Origin: Candidatus Aenigmatarchaeota archaeon
GTDB taxonomy: Archaea > Aenigmatarchaeota > Aenigmatarchaeia > QMZP01
Direction: 5' to 3'
DNA length: 33,098 nucleotides
Assembly (NCBI GenBank): GCA_017609225.1
Contig: JAFCEK010000002.1
Span: forward strand, 1-33,098
A program made the position numbers and the translations under genes. Under the pieces are notes generated by a model that was not told the DNA's origin, made no database searches, and saw only the letters and a list, made by a program, of their open reading frames with translations. The first letter of the stretch is position 1. Each line of letters begins with the position of its first letter. Below are positions 18,778-29,000 of this stretch, in pieces.

Positions 18778-19827
18778 ATGGAAAAACTTACTATACTAAC
18801 AACAGGCGCTGGCGCTCCCGGGGCAGCAGGCATATTCAAAGGGTTCAGGATGGGAGCAGAACAGGATGGAAAACAGCTCAGGATAATAACCTCTGATATG
18901 GACAGGTATGCCTATGGATTCCATCTTGCTGACAAAGGATATGTGATACCTGAGGCATCAAGTCCCAGATTTATTCAGAGGCTTATGGAAATATGCAGGA
19001 AGGAAAGACCTGACTTGCTTTTTTCCTGGGTAACGCCTGAGCTTCTTAAAATATCAAGGTTTTCTGAAAACTTCAAAAACATTGATGTGATACCTGTGGT
19101 ATCAGGGATGGAGGCAATTGAAATTTCCCAGAATAAACCAAAATGTTTTGAGTTGTTCAGCAGGATTTCGCCGAAATTCAGGGTTGTTGAAACCCTGGAG
19201 GATTTTGAAAAAACCGTAAAGGAATTTGGATATCCTGAAAAGAATGTCTGCTTCAAGCCGGTTAGCGGATACGGAATGAGGGGATTCCGCATCCTTTCAG
19301 GAAAAGCCAATCTGCTTGAGGAAAAACCGGAAAAGGCAACCACTGATATGGCCAGTGCGCTGAATATGCTTGCATCATATGATGAATTTCCAGAGATTGT
19401 TGTCATGGAATACCTGTCCGGGAAGGAGTACACTGTTGATATGCTGCTGGATAATGGAAATCCTGTTCTAACAGTACCAAGAGAAAGGTTCAGGATAAAG
19501 TCAGGCATATCAAACATTGCGGTAATAAAAGAAAACCAGGAGATTGCAGGAACTGCTGAAAAAATAGCAAAGAAACTGGATCTGTCATACAATGCAAACA
19601 TACAGTTCAAGCTGGATGAAAACAAAAAACCAAAACTTATAGAGGTGCAGCCAAGGCTTTCAGGAACGGTGATAGCATGTATCGGGGCAGGTGTCAATTT
19701 CCCATACATGGCAGCAAAGCTTGCCCTGGGTGAGAGTTTTGAAAAGCCTGAAATAAAATGGGAAACCACAATGAAGAGGTTCTGGAATGAAGTTTTTATA
19801 AGGAATGGGGAGAAATGGTTTTTATGA
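18778..19827 (+). CDS. ATP-grasp domain ligase (PylC/CarB-like N-terminus)
   Basis: LTTGAGAPG, CFKPVSGYGMRG, VMEYLSGKEYTVD, NIQF and LIEVQPRLSG motifs; AGGAG RBS. Confidence 0.88.
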   Translation: MEKLTILTTGAGAPGAAGIFKGFRMGAEQDGKQLRIITSDMDRYAYGFHLADKGYVIPEASSPRFIQRLMEICRKERPDLLFSWVTPELLKISRFSENFKNIDVIPVVSGMEAIEISQNKPKCFELFSRISPKFRVVETLEDFEKTVKEFGYPEKNVCFKPVSGYGMRGFRILSGKANLLEEKPEKATTDMASALNMLASYDEFPEIVVMEYLSGKEYTVDMLLDNGNPVLTVPRERFRIKSGISNIAVIKENQEIAGTAEKIAKKLDLSYNANIQFKLDENKKPKLIEVQPRLSGTVIACIGAGVNFPYMAAKLALGESFEKPEIKWETTMKRFWNEVFIRNGEKWFL

Positions 19828-20357
19828 ACACAACTGAATGCATTAAAACCAGATACAGCATAAGGGAATACAGCGATGCAGCAGTATCTGAAGGTTTGGT
19901 TAAGGAAATACTTCAGGCTGCTGTTTGCGCGCCATCTGCAGGGAACGCCCAGGACTGGGAGTTTATAGTTGTAAGAAAACAAGAGATAAAAAAACAGCTT
20001 GCCGAGGCAGCGCTGGGTCAGGGCTTCATAGCTGATGCGCCTGTTCTTGTTGTTGTATGTTCCAACCTGAAAAAGATAGGCTCTGCATACGGGGAAAGGG
20101 GGGTTTCGCTTTACTCCATACAGGATACAGCTGCTGCGGCAATGTGTCTTATGCTTGCTGCCTGGGAAAAAGGCCTGGGAACATGCTGGGTTGGCGCGTT
20201 TGATGAAGGGAGAGTTAAAGAAATCCTTGTACTTCCAATGGATGTCAGACCGCTTGCAATAATAACGCTGGGCTATCCAAGGGCTGGCATTGAAAAGCCA
20301 AAATCCAGGGATTTATCCGGGGTGCTGCACTGGGAGCATTATGGTGGTGCTGAATGA
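19824..20357 (+). CDS. Nitroreductase family flavoprotein
   Basis: TRYSIREY, APSAGNAQDWEFIVV, GLGTCWVGAF and LGYP motifs; ATGA overlap with the upstream stop. Confidence 0.93.
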   Translation: MNTTECIKTRYSIREYSDAAVSEGLVKEILQAAVCAPSAGNAQDWEFIVVRKQEIKKQLAEAALGQGFIADAPVLVVVCSNLKKIGSAYGERGVSLYSIQDTAAAAMCLMLAAWEKGLGTCWVGAFDEGRVKEILVLPMDVRPLAIITLGYPRAGIEKPKSRDLSGVLHWEHYGGAE

Positions 20358-20803
20358 GAAAAGAAGCTATGATGAGTTTGTTTGTAGGGCTGGTAATGAT
20401 CTCCTCAATTCTGGGTTTTGCTGTAATGCATCTGAATTTCACAAATGCTCCTGCAAACCAGGGGCCTGCAATATCAAATATTGTAAACAGAACCCTCACG
20501 ACAGAAGAAAGGCTTTTCGTGCTCAGAACAGGCAGGGTTTTGATAAGGGATTTGTATCCCTTTAATTGTACATCATGTATTGAGGATAACATAGCCTTTG
20601 AATCCTTTGCCAACAAATTTTCAAATTTTGTTGTTCTGGAAATGGCTGCTGTTCCTGAAAATGAAACCAGAATAGAAATGATAGGTAGAGATGGGAAAAT
20701 AATAGACCTTTGGAACATTACAATAACAGAAGATGCACTGCTTCCAATGTTTTGTGAACTTGTGCTGGCACAGCCAAAAGAATGCCTGCTGCTGGAGATA
20801 TAG
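20354..20803 (+). CDS. Uncharacterised membrane-anchored secreted protein with CxxC
   Basis: N-terminal TM helix, CTSC motif and a C-terminal Cys pair; ATGA coupling to the nitroreductase gene. Confidence 0.75.
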   Translation: MRKEAMMSLFVGLVMISSILGFAVMHLNFTNAPANQGPAISNIVNRTLTTEERLFVLRTGRVLIRDLYPFNCTSCIEDNIAFESFANKFSNFVVLEMAAVPENETRIEMIGRDGKIIDLWNITITEDALLPMFCELVLAQPKECLLLEI

Positions 20804-20853
20804 TTTTAATCCGTTTAATACTGTTTTTAGTAAAGATTTTTCATCTGTTATCT

Positions 20854-20958
20854 AATGGTTCAGTTAGCTGAAAAAGTGCAACGCCTCCTTTGGAGGTGTG
20901 TGTTTTTTGGGCGCTTTTTGCCATTGTTAGCAAATAGTTTAGTTAACTGAAAAAGTGC
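20854..20958 (-). repeat. Imperfect 26-bp direct repeat (20854-20879 and 20933-20958) duplicating the alaS 3' end, with a 53-bp spacer
   Basis: AATGGTTCAGTTAGCTGAAAAAGTGC versus AATAGTTTAGTTAACTGAAAAAGTGC, 23/26 identical. Confidence 0.8.
20881..20908 (+). terminator. Hairpin plus T-run at a convergent gene junction; possible terminator
   Basis: ACGCCTCC-TTT-GGAGGTGT stem-loop followed by GTGTTTTTT. Confidence 0.4.
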
Positions 20959-23854
20959 TTTTGATAACTTTAAGAAGTTTTGAAAGTTCTGCCTTGCCCT
21001 GACCCAGCTCCTTTGAGCCTCCTCCAGAGCCGCCCGCAAGCTGGCATATTTCCTTTATCTTTTTTCCAATATCTGTTTTTCTGCTCATGCCAACAATATC
21101 GCCTGCCTGGTTTGCAAGTATAACAGAAAGCTCTGGGTTTTTGGAAACAAGGTTATGTGCAATTTCTATCATTTCCTTTCTCTCTGCAGCAATCACATCA
21201 AACAGCCTGTTTTCATTTGCTTTTTTCAAAAGCTTTTCTGCTTCAAGGGCTGCAAATTCTTTTCTGATTTTTTCAAGCTCCTTTTTCTGGGCTTTCCAGA
21301 CGCTGAAAATATACCTGCTCAGATCACCCAGGGTTTTCATGGTTTTTTTCTCCAGATATTCATCCAGTTTTTTTTCCTTCATACCAGACCTTTTTCTCAG
21401 TGTGTTGATTTCCTTCCATTGCTGCACTATCTCCCTGAGAAATCTTTCTATTGTTTTTTCAAGCTGGTCAGGATGCACAGAAAAAACAGAGGATGCATCA
21501 TTTATCTGTCCCAAAACATTCTTTTCTGTAAACCTCTTTAATTCATTTCCTGTCTTCACGAAATGCAGGTCTTTTTTTATCATTTTTATTATGTTTTCCA
21601 TTGTTTTCATGCTTCTCCGGATATGCATCTCTGCCTGGGCGCCTGACTTTATTGTTATTCTGTCAATCCCGTCCTGAATCCTTTCAGAGCCCAGAACAAT
21701 GATTCTGCCAACATCTCCTGTATTGCTGTAATGGGTTCCGCCGCATGCCTCATGGTCAAGGTTTCCTATTGAAACTATTCTTATTGTTTTCTCTGGAACC
21801 GCACCGCCCTGATATATGCCCATTCCATATTTGTTTTCTGCCTTATTTCTTGGCAGCATCTCAATCTTTATGGGTATGCGTTTCTTTACAATATCATTTG
21901 CCTTTTCCTCTATCTTTTCAATCTCTTCTTTTGATATCGGCTTGTAGTGCGTTATGTCAAGATGTGCCTTTTCTGTTGTCTTTTTTGAGCCTGCCTGGAA
22001 AACATGCCTTCCCAAAATCTCCCTGGCTGCCAGGTTTATTATATGTATTGATGTATGGTGTTTTGCGAGCTGCTCTCTTCTTTCCCTGTCAATTTTTCCT
22101 GCAATAGTCATGCCTTCCCTGAGTTTCGGATTTTCCAGGTAATGCACAATAACATCCCCAAACTTCTGAACATTGAAAACCCTGAAATTGTTTATATAAC
22201 CAGAATCAGCATCCTGTCCTCCTGACTCCGGATAGAAGAGTGTTTTGTCAAGAACTATCTTGTTTTTGTCAATTATTTTCAGAACCTTTGCCCTGAATTC
22301 CGTCTGCTGCGGATTTTCATGGTAAAGCTTTTTTGTTGCAGGAATTCCTGAAACATCAACATGCTCTTCTTCCTCTTCCCTTTCAGTCATATGCCTCTCG
22401 GAAAGCTTTGTATAAAAATCATCAGGTATCTCAATCCTGATTTTTTTCTCTCTTGCAATCTCCTGAACAAGCTCAGGCTGGATGCCATTGGATTCATAAA
22501 GCTGTATTAGTTTGCTCTCATCAAATGTGCTGTCTCTGGAGCTTCTTGCCTTTTCAAGAATTGACTCAACAATCTTTCTTCCTCTTCCCCTTGTTTCCTC
22601 GAGTCTTTTTCTTTCAACATCAATTATATCTGAAAAGTTTTCAAGGCCTGCACTGAGATTTGGAAACATTGGCTTCAGATATCTTGCATGCTCCTCTGCT
22701 ATTTTTACAATATCTATGTCAAAACCAAACTCCTTTATAAATTCCAGCGCCCTCCTCAGAATAACCCTCAGATTGTAGCCGCCCCCAACATTGCTTGGCA
22801 GTGCGCCATCGCTTACTGCAAACAACAGGGCCTTTGTATGGTCTGCTATTGCATAAAGTGCCTCAAGCGGTGCTATATGCCTTTCCAGCTTCTCAAAGCT
22901 TGTTCCGAGTTTTTTTGCAATAGCTGTCTTTACATCTTTCATGCTCCTTGCCTCATCAATATTCATCCCGCCGGCAAGTTCTGCATACCTTAAAAACAAT
23001 TCCCTGTCATAATCTGTGTTTTTTTTCAGTTTTTCCATGACAGGCCCGAATGTGGCATCATAACTTGTGGGGGTTCCCTGGGTTATCCAGGCAAACCTCT
23101 CCAGGCCTGCACCCATGTCTATAACCTTGTTTTTCATGATTTTGTATTTATCCAGTGTTCCAATGAATTCCGTAAAAACAGCATTGCCAAGCTCAAGCCC
23201 TCTTGCAAAATATTCAAGGGAGTATCCAAATGCTGCGGGCCCAAGCCAGGCATCCTCAATCCATGTTATTTCTTCCGGTTTTATGCCAAAAACCCTTGTA
23301 ACAAGCTCAAAATCAAGCTCTGCGCACCTGTCCTTCCAGTAGCCGTTCCTGCCGTCATACAGGGAGTGCTGGCCTATCATTACAAAGTTTGTGTAATGTT
23401 TTCCTGTCCTGCCTACATTGGGGATGTCATTAAAACGCATGCATGACTGCGGTATAATCAGCGGATTTGCAGGGAATTCAAAAACTGTTTCTCTTCCTAC
23501 CTTTCTCTGAAATGAAACTATGCTTGCTATTGTAAAGTACAGGCCGGGAAACCATCTGCATACAGAAGGGTATGACTGTATGCTCTCATGTCCTCTCTTC
23601 ACAAAAAATTTCTCAATTGCCCTCCATGTTTCAATATAATCCATTTTTCTTTTGCATGGAGAATTGTTTATAAAGCCATATCTGACGCATGGTGCATCAC
23701 CGCAAAGCTCTGTCTGCGGGTCAAGCGTCCAGAAAAATTTTCCGCATGAGCTGCATTTTTTTCTGGTAAATCCATTCTCCTCAAAGAGTTTTACCTTCCA
23801 GTACTTATCCGGGTTTTTCTGCAGTTTCCTTATAAGGTCTTTTTTTGTTGCCAT
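20939..23854 (-). CDS. alaS: Alanine--tRNA ligase (archaeal type)
   Basis: N-terminal Zn ribbon CSSC...CGDAPC, MRFNDIPNVGRTGKH, GLELGNAVF, IDMGAGLER, editing HTSIH/CGGTH motifs and C-Ala GGSGGG. Confidence 0.98.
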   Translation of the reverse strand: MATKKDLIRKLQKNPDKYWKVKLFEENGFTRKKCSSCGKFFWTLDPQTELCGDAPCVRYGFINNSPCKRKMDYIETWRAIEKFFVKRGHESIQSYPSVCRWFPGLYFTIASIVSFQRKVGRETVFEFPANPLIIPQSCMRFNDIPNVGRTGKHYTNFVMIGQHSLYDGRNGYWKDRCAELDFELVTRVFGIKPEEITWIEDAWLGPAAFGYSLEYFARGLELGNAVFTEFIGTLDKYKIMKNKVIDMGAGLERFAWITQGTPTSYDATFGPVMEKLKKNTDYDRELFLRYAELAGGMNIDEARSMKDVKTAIAKKLGTSFEKLERHIAPLEALYAIADHTKALLFAVSDGALPSNVGGGYNLRVILRRALEFIKEFGFDIDIVKIAEEHARYLKPMFPNLSAGLENFSDIIDVERKRLEETRGRGRKIVESILEKARSSRDSTFDESKLIQLYESNGIQPELVQEIAREKKIRIEIPDDFYTKLSERHMTEREEEEEHVDVSGIPATKKLYHENPQQTEFRAKVLKIIDKNKIVLDKTLFYPESGGQDADSGYINNFRVFNVQKFGDVIVHYLENPKLREGMTIAGKIDRERREQLAKHHTSIHIINLAAREILGRHVFQAGSKKTTEKAHLDITHYKPISKEEIEKIEEKANDIVKKRIPIKIEMLPRNKAENKYGMGIYQGGAVPEKTIRIVSIGNLDHEACGGTHYSNTGDVGRIIVLGSERIQDGIDRITIKSGAQAEMHIRRSMKTMENIIKMIKKDLHFVKTGNELKRFTEKNVLGQINDASSVFSVHPDQLEKTIERFLREIVQQWKEINTLRKRSGMKEKKLDEYLEKKTMKTLGDLSRYIFSVWKAQKKELEKIRKEFAALEAEKLLKKANENRLFDVIAAERKEMIEIAHNLVSKNPELSVILANQAGDIVGMSRKTDIGKKIKEICQLAGGSGGGSKELGQGKAELSKLLKVIKSTFSVN

Positions 23855-23970
23855 AAAAACACAGCACCGTATAAAATTAAATAAGTGTTGTATCTTTGTA
23901 TATATTAAATATATTTAGTGTTTATAGCAACAGTATCAGGAATTTAATAAGAGGCATCCAATTATATTAT

Positions 23971-26082
23971 ATGAAGAGGGGGCAGGCTGAATTAATCATC
24001 ATAATTGGACTGTTTGCGGTTTTGGCTTTGGTTGCCTATTTTACATACCAGAGTGGCATATTTGTTTCTTCAGCTGTTCCTGAAAGCATAAAGGCAGAGC
24101 AGGAGCAGGTAAAGAATTCTGTGCTGAATCTGGCAAGGACTGGTGCATCCAGGGTTATAGAAATTACAGAGGCACATGGCGGATATCTGAATTTGTCTTT
24201 GCTTGCCGGTGATTATGATTTTGAGCCCGGCTTTGATTATACTGTTTTTATGCAAACCAAGGTGCCTTACTGGCAGAAATGCCAGAATGACATAAGCCCC
24301 ACAAAAGCACTGGCCAAAAGAAATATTGAATCCGGACTGGAATTTTACCTGAAAAAAAATCTTAATGATACCCTGGCTGTCTATGGGGAAAACATTACAT
24401 ATGATCTGGAAAATCTGGATGTAAAGGCAACAATTCTGAATGACAAGATAGATTTTGAAGTTGACCTTCCAACCACAGTACAGGACTATGAAATAGAACA
24501 GCCGTATGCATTTTCAATACCTTCAAAGTTTGGTGATATATTTGACTTTGCAAAGGACTTTGCATCTGCATCAGCATCAAAAAGGTTTTTGGAATCCTTT
24601 ACCATAAATACCATTTATTCTTCAAACACGCTGAAAACTTCAGGTGTGCTGACAGAATGTGGTGATTCAATCTATCTCTCAACAGATGACATAAAGAACG
24701 GGCTTTATGGTGCAATAGAATACACGCTTGCCAATATATTATGGTGGCAGGAAATGCCTGCTGCTGGTTCAGGCTTCAAGGTTTATGCAATAGAAGATTT
24801 AAACGGAAAGAAATATCCGCATCTCAGCCCAATAAGATTCTATCTTCCTGACGGATTTAAGCCCAGTGCATCAGCTCCTGTAATCGTTACCAATAATGAA
24901 TACATTATAGATTATCTTATATTTGTTTTGCCTGCATGCATCAAGGCATACAACCTGAAATACACTGTTTCATATCCTGTTATCATAAGAATAAACGACC
25001 AGCTCACAGGCCATGGATTTAATTTTGCATCGCTTGTTTTTGTGGATAACATGACAAAGGGAGAATGCACTGCTGCAGGTATTGTTCCTGGTCCTTCCGC
25101 ATGTGAAAACCTTGCCTGCTCTGCAAATATAGCTGTTGTTGATGGAAACAACAACGCACTTGAAAATGTTTCTGTATTTTTTGGTGGTTGTCTTATAGGA
25201 AAAACAGGAGATAATGGGGTTGTTGAAGGCAGCATAGCCTGCGGCGAACAGATATTCATGATGCAGAAACCCGGTTATGAGCTTTATATGCAAACCCTTT
25301 CATCTTCATCTGTAAATGGCACATACAAGCTGCACAAAATTCCTGAGCTGACAATAAAGTTTGCAGATGTTTTAATAACTGAAAATTCCAGTACATTTTC
25401 TTTGCCGGATGGAAATATAACAAATATTAACTACAGAAAATGCACTGTAAATACCGCGACAGAAACTGTTTTCACAAACCTTTCTTCAACAGAAAACCCA
25501 GGCAGGCATTATATGTTAACAAATATAAATTCATCCAGCGTGCCGGAAGGCTGCTCAAATAATCCTGCCTGCGAGAGCTGTTATGCAGACCCTGCAAACA
25601 ATAATGATGACTGTATTGCATGCTCCCGGCTTTGCACCGCAAACATCACTGACTCTGTAACAGTTGATTACATAACAGCTGGTAATTATGATATAGAATG
25701 CGAGATATGGGATACTGAAAACTACATAGTAAAAGGCGGTTTCAAATCAAATTACAACCTGCCTGAACAGGACAGTAATCTGTATTTTTATATACCGCGC
25801 GGCATTGATGATGCATCTGCTGCAGAATCAGAAAAAATTGAAATAACGGAAAGACTCAGGAACTGGTGCAGCATGGAGCCTGTGTCAGTAGCCGAGCAGA
25901 AAAACACAATAGGCATTACAGGGGTTTGCGGCTGCCATGAATTAAGAGGTCTTATAGATAAGGAGTTTCTTTCCTGCATGGGCAGTATGAATGATCTTTT
26001 TGACAGTAACTGGAACTGCAACAGGGACAATGTTTTAAGCGAGATATATTCAAGATGTGGTTACAGGGTGTTGGGATGTTAG
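23971..26082 (+). CDS. Class III (type IV pilin-like) signal-peptide surface protein, Cys-rich
   Basis: MKRG|QAELIIIIGLFAVLAL prepilin-type N-terminus at ATG 23971, a carboxypeptidase-regulatory/PEGA-like segment (IAVVDGNNNALENVSV...GKTGDNG) and many Cys residues. A TATA-like ATTTAATAA lies about 25 bp upstream. Confidence 0.8.
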   Translation: MKRGQAELIIIIGLFAVLALVAYFTYQSGIFVSSAVPESIKAEQEQVKNSVLNLARTGASRVIEITEAHGGYLNLSLLAGDYDFEPGFDYTVFMQTKVPYWQKCQNDISPTKALAKRNIESGLEFYLKKNLNDTLAVYGENITYDLENLDVKATILNDKIDFEVDLPTTVQDYEIEQPYAFSIPSKFGDIFDFAKDFASASASKRFLESFTINTIYSSNTLKTSGVLTECGDSIYLSTDDIKNGLYGAIEYTLANILWWQEMPAAGSGFKVYAIEDLNGKKYPHLSPIRFYLPDGFKPSASAPVIVTNNEYIIDYLIFVLPACIKAYNLKYTVSYPVIIRINDQLTGHGFNFASLVFVDNMTKGECTAAGIVPGPSACENLACSANIAVVDGNNNALENVSVFFGGCLIGKTGDNGVVEGSIACGEQIFMMQKPGYELYMQTLSSSSVNGTYKLHKIPELTIKFADVLITENSSTFSLPDGNITNINYRKCTVNTATETVFTNLSSTENPGRHYMLTNINSSSVPEGCSNNPACESCYADPANNNDDCIACSRLCTANITDSVTVDYITAGNYDIECEIWDTENYIVKGGFKSNYNLPEQDSNLYFYIPRGIDDASAAESEKIEITERLRNWCSMEPVSVAEQKNTIGITGVCGCHELRGLIDKEFLSCMGSMNDLFDSNWNCNRDNVLSEIYSRCGYRVLGC

Positions 26083-29000
26083 ATTACAGGATGTTTAACT
26101 TGGCAGTTGTGTTTTTTGCAGCATATCTGCTGATTTCCTTAACCATGGTGCAGGCCACCAATATTAACATATATGTTGCGGGTATTTCTTTCGGTACCGT
26201 GGAATACAAACCGGAAAAGCTTGTAAAAAGGGAAATAAGGATTGAAAAAACAGATCCTTTCTGGAACAGTGCGAATGTTTTTATGAATATAAGCGTCAGG
26301 GAAGGGGAAATGAAGGCAGCATATATCTACAAATGCAGAGGCCTCCAGCCTCATGAATGTATTAAATCTGGTTTCTATGACAGCTTTATACCTGAAAATG
26401 GTTTATGGTTTGCAAAAAACTATCAATGGTCTGAGCTGGCAGACACATCGGTTCCGCCATCTCCTGAAAATCCACAAAAAGCAAAGATTATAATGCTGAT
26501 TGAACTGGAAACAGAAACAGGCGAAAGATGGGTTGGATTTTTTGACGAAATAAAAAGAACTGATTTCAGTTTTCCTGAGCCATGGCTCTTCAATTATTCA
26601 CTGAATGAAGCAGAGCTTCATGTAAATATGGATTATGCAACCCAGATAGAATCGTTTGTTCAGGGGAAAGAAATGATTCCCTTTAACCCGGAATGGACTG
26701 AAAAGATTGTTTTTTCTGGCACAGAAAAAGCGTATGAGTTCCAGGCTGAAAGCCCTCCAGGATTTCAGGCAGATGATGTATATAACCACAGTACAAACAC
26801 AATAACAAATATAAGCAAAGAGTATTCTTTTGCCCTGCCTTATACTGATGGTATTGTTTATAATCCTATTGTTTTAAACCTGAATCCGTCTTTCACATGC
26901 GGTAACGGCCAGTGCGAAACAGAGCTCGGGGAAAGTTCAGCAAACTGCTGCTATGACTGTGCATGCACAGCAGGATATTACTGCGATGCCTCAAGTCCAT
27001 GCAAGCGGATTGATGGGATAACGCTTGATTTATATGGAAAGCAAAATACACATATCACCAGTTGCTCTGAATCTCATGTTGTGAATATCACGCTCAGGCT
27101 GAACAATCCGCCTTTTGGCATGCAGTTTATAGGCAAACAATATATACTTGCAGGCCAGACATATACTGCAGCATGCGAAGGCGGACCTTCAGTATATATT
27201 TGCCATATTCCTGTTCCTGCTGATCCCAAGTGCGATGAGGGAACATATAACATTGGCCCAAACTATATTATATTTAACATAACATTTCCTGATGGTCCAA
27301 GAAATCCGATAAAAAAAGATCTTGTTGTGCAGTTTCCAAATATAACAGTTGCCTCATGGGAATGCGGAAACAACATGTGTGAGACAGAGCTTGGGGAAAG
27401 TTCAGCAAACTGCTGCTATGACTGTGCATGCACAGCAGGATATTACTGCGACTGGTACGATGGATCTGGAACATGCAAACCCGAAGTTACAGACTCCAAT
27501 CTTTTGATATCTTTTGTAAACCCAAGGGTGTTTAATTCATCATTACAAGGCCAGGAGCATTTTAATCTGATTGCTCAGATACTGAACAGGCCTGACAGTC
27601 TTGTATCAAATCCTGAAGCTTCATGTGCCATAGACTGCAGGTATAACCTTACCAGCATATGTACTGCTGCATGCAGCATTAGCTGCGCCGAAGAGGCCGG
27701 CGGTCCAAATCCTAATATATACAATTCCTCATGCGAGATAAGCTTTGATATATTAAATTACAACCAGAGCAGAAACTATATTCTGTATCCGGAGATGAAC
27801 TATATCATCAGTTATAAGAACGGCTCTGCAAGCATAACAAAAACACTGACAGGCAGTATTGATACGATCACACTGGGTCCGCATCGCTGCGGGGATGGTG
27901 AATGCACACCTGATGAGAGCATGGAAACATGCTGCTATGACTGTGCATGCACAGCAGGATATTACTGCTATACGGAGAATCCGGGTTATCCTGGTTTATA
28001 TGATGAATGCAGGAACGAATCAGGGATTAGTATGCAAATAACAACCAATTCTCCAACCGTTTTTTCAGATTCCAGTGCAGAGCATACCATAAACATTACA
28101 ATTAATATAAGCAACAAGCCAGGCGGAACTGTTATTGAAGGCAAAATATGCAAACTTGGCGGCCTGGAAAACGGTGTTGCATGTTTCCTGTCATGTTCAG
28201 ATGATGTTTCTTCCAGCCCTGAAAACTATGTAATGAACTGCAATATAACTGTTCCTGCAATAAACTATCTGACCTCTCCCTTTTACAATAACCAGACAAA
28301 AAAACTTGAGTTTTCATCAAACAGCATAAGGATTTCAATAAGGTTTAATGACGGCTCGCGCGGTTATGCTACAAAAGAGCTTAACGGGGAATTTGATGAT
28401 GTTGTGATAACGCCTGAATTTTATTGCGGAAACCATGTATGCGAAGATAGTCTGGAAACTCCTGAAACAGCAAGCAACTGCTGTGTGGATTGTGCCTGCA
28501 AGCAAGACCCCTTGTTCGGTTCAGAGTATTTCTGTCTTATATCATCTGAAAATCCCGGCGGCACCTGCATTCATATGACTGATATAGGGCTTGTTATTGA
28601 TGACCCAGACACTGCAAAATGCACAATAAGCAACATTGGCGATGGGTGCCTGTTTATGCATGCAGTGAATTTCAATGCAGAAATAGTCAATGCCCCACAT
28701 GATGTTCAAATAATAAGCAGTTACTATACATATGATGGCATTGATTACGCATTAACCTGCATGCAGGATTCCATGAACCATACAAATTATTCCTGCTCCT
28801 TTGTGATTCCTCATCCCGAAGGCCCGCAGGAAGGGAGCATGGTGAAAAATGTTGATGTTAATTTTGTTGTAAGATATACAGATGGAAACGAGCTTATAAC
28901 GCAGAACATCTCCGGAAGTTTCAGCCTTTACATAAAAATGGAAAAAACATCTGATGTCAGGACATGCGAAGCCCAGCTAAATGAAATTGAAGAGGATATT

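Noticed and set aside
18975-19982. 335-aa minus-strand ORF
   Set aside because: It is an antisense shadow of the ATP-grasp and nitroreductase genes, Ser/Phe-rich with no recognisable motifs.
20804-20938. Possible tRNA or other structured RNA gene in the intergenic gap
   Set aside because: No cloverleaf or T-loop (GTTCRA) motif is visible; only one short hairpin.
26898-27451. Possible diversity-generating retroelement TR/VR pair
   Set aside because: Differences between copies include C/T changes and are not confined to adenines of one copy; both copies are in-frame coding repeats and no reverse transcriptase is in the window.
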